DNA from: Phoronis australis
Lineage: Eukaryota > Animalia > Phoronida
NCBI GenBank assembly: GCA_002633005.1
Contig: NMRA01000071.1
Coordinates: 329,518-393,517, forward strand
DNA length: 64,000 bases
Direction: 5' to 3'
In this document: piece after piece, positions 63,611-64,000 of the stretch
Numbering within the stretch: the stretch's first letter is position 1
How the letters are laid out: each line of letters begins with the position of its first letter
Notes under the pieces: generated by a model
What the model was told of the DNA's origin: nothing
The model's input: only the letters and a program-made list of their open reading frames with translations
Database searches by the model: none
Translations under genes and position numbers: made by a program

Positions 63611-63857
63611 GTGGTGTCAGTGGTGTCTTAGACACAGGGTTAGATGTGTAGTTAGTGTAGCTTAGTGTAGTTAGTGCTTGCACTTTCTAGCTTTCAGCTT
63701 CTACGACCACCTAGTCCTCTGAGACGAATTAGGAAGGCATATGTAAGATCCGCTTTGGTGGCCTTTAACTACCTCTAATCAAGACTCTTGCAGTACCTCC
63801 TCGTGGTACACCATGGTAACTGGGCACCCTGCGGCCCCAGGCTAAATTTTGCAAGGG
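63611..63857 (+). ncRNA. HDV-like (nested double pseudoknot) self-cleaving ribozyme
   Basis: P1 GTGGTGT (63611 or 63620)/ACACCAT 63808-14 with G1·U; P2 CTTGCA 63787-92/TGCAAG 63850-55; P3 ACC/GGT closing L3 TCCTCGT; P1.1 CC 63799-800/GG 63815-16; P4 CTGGG 63820-24/CCCAG 63836-40; J4/2 GCTAA with catalytic-position C63842. Confidence 0.8.
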
Positions 63858-64000
63858 ATCTCGGAAGAGGTTAGGCTCTTAAAGGTGCAACGTGCATGAC
63901 CCATCGGTGTATGGATATGCTCTGGCGTTCACCAACCTAACTCCCAGCTATGGGCAAATAGCACCCTTCATTGGTTGGGCTCAAGACTTACTACCTTGTC
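63611..64000 (+). mobile_element. Probable 5' end / 5'UTR of an RTE-clade non-LTR retrotransposon or RTE-derived SINE, truncated by the window edge
   Basis: Starts with an HDV-like ribozyme, as known for RTE elements. The downstream CTCCCAGCTATGGGCAAATAG resembles RTE 5'UTR sequence as I recall it (not searched). Confidence 0.5.

Overview
Eukaryotic, intron-rich and repeat-rich metazoan DNA, probably invertebrate (inferred only from gene and repeat style). Three spliced genes can be rebuilt by hand from GT-AG junctions with consistent phases. (1) A secreted ~240-aa protein on + (6001-31930) with an N-terminal IGFBP/CRIM1-type domain and a 16-Cys C-terminal region I cannot assign. (2) A complete 11-exon CDK7 on - (36780-49399, 341 aa). 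(3) PGGT1B (geranylgeranyltransferase-I beta) on + (49647-60575), head-to-head with CDK7 with only 247 bp between start codons; one catalytic exon is absent at an N gap. Introns hold non-autonomous DNA transposons (Kolobok-like, Helentron-like carrying CTCF-like motifs, nested fold-back elements), tRNA-derived SINE heads and many minisatellites. The most notable non-coding signal is a complete HDV-like self-cleaving ribozyme fold at 63611-63857, at the apparent 5' end of an RTE-type retroelement that runs off the window. Most ORF-track entries are spurious.
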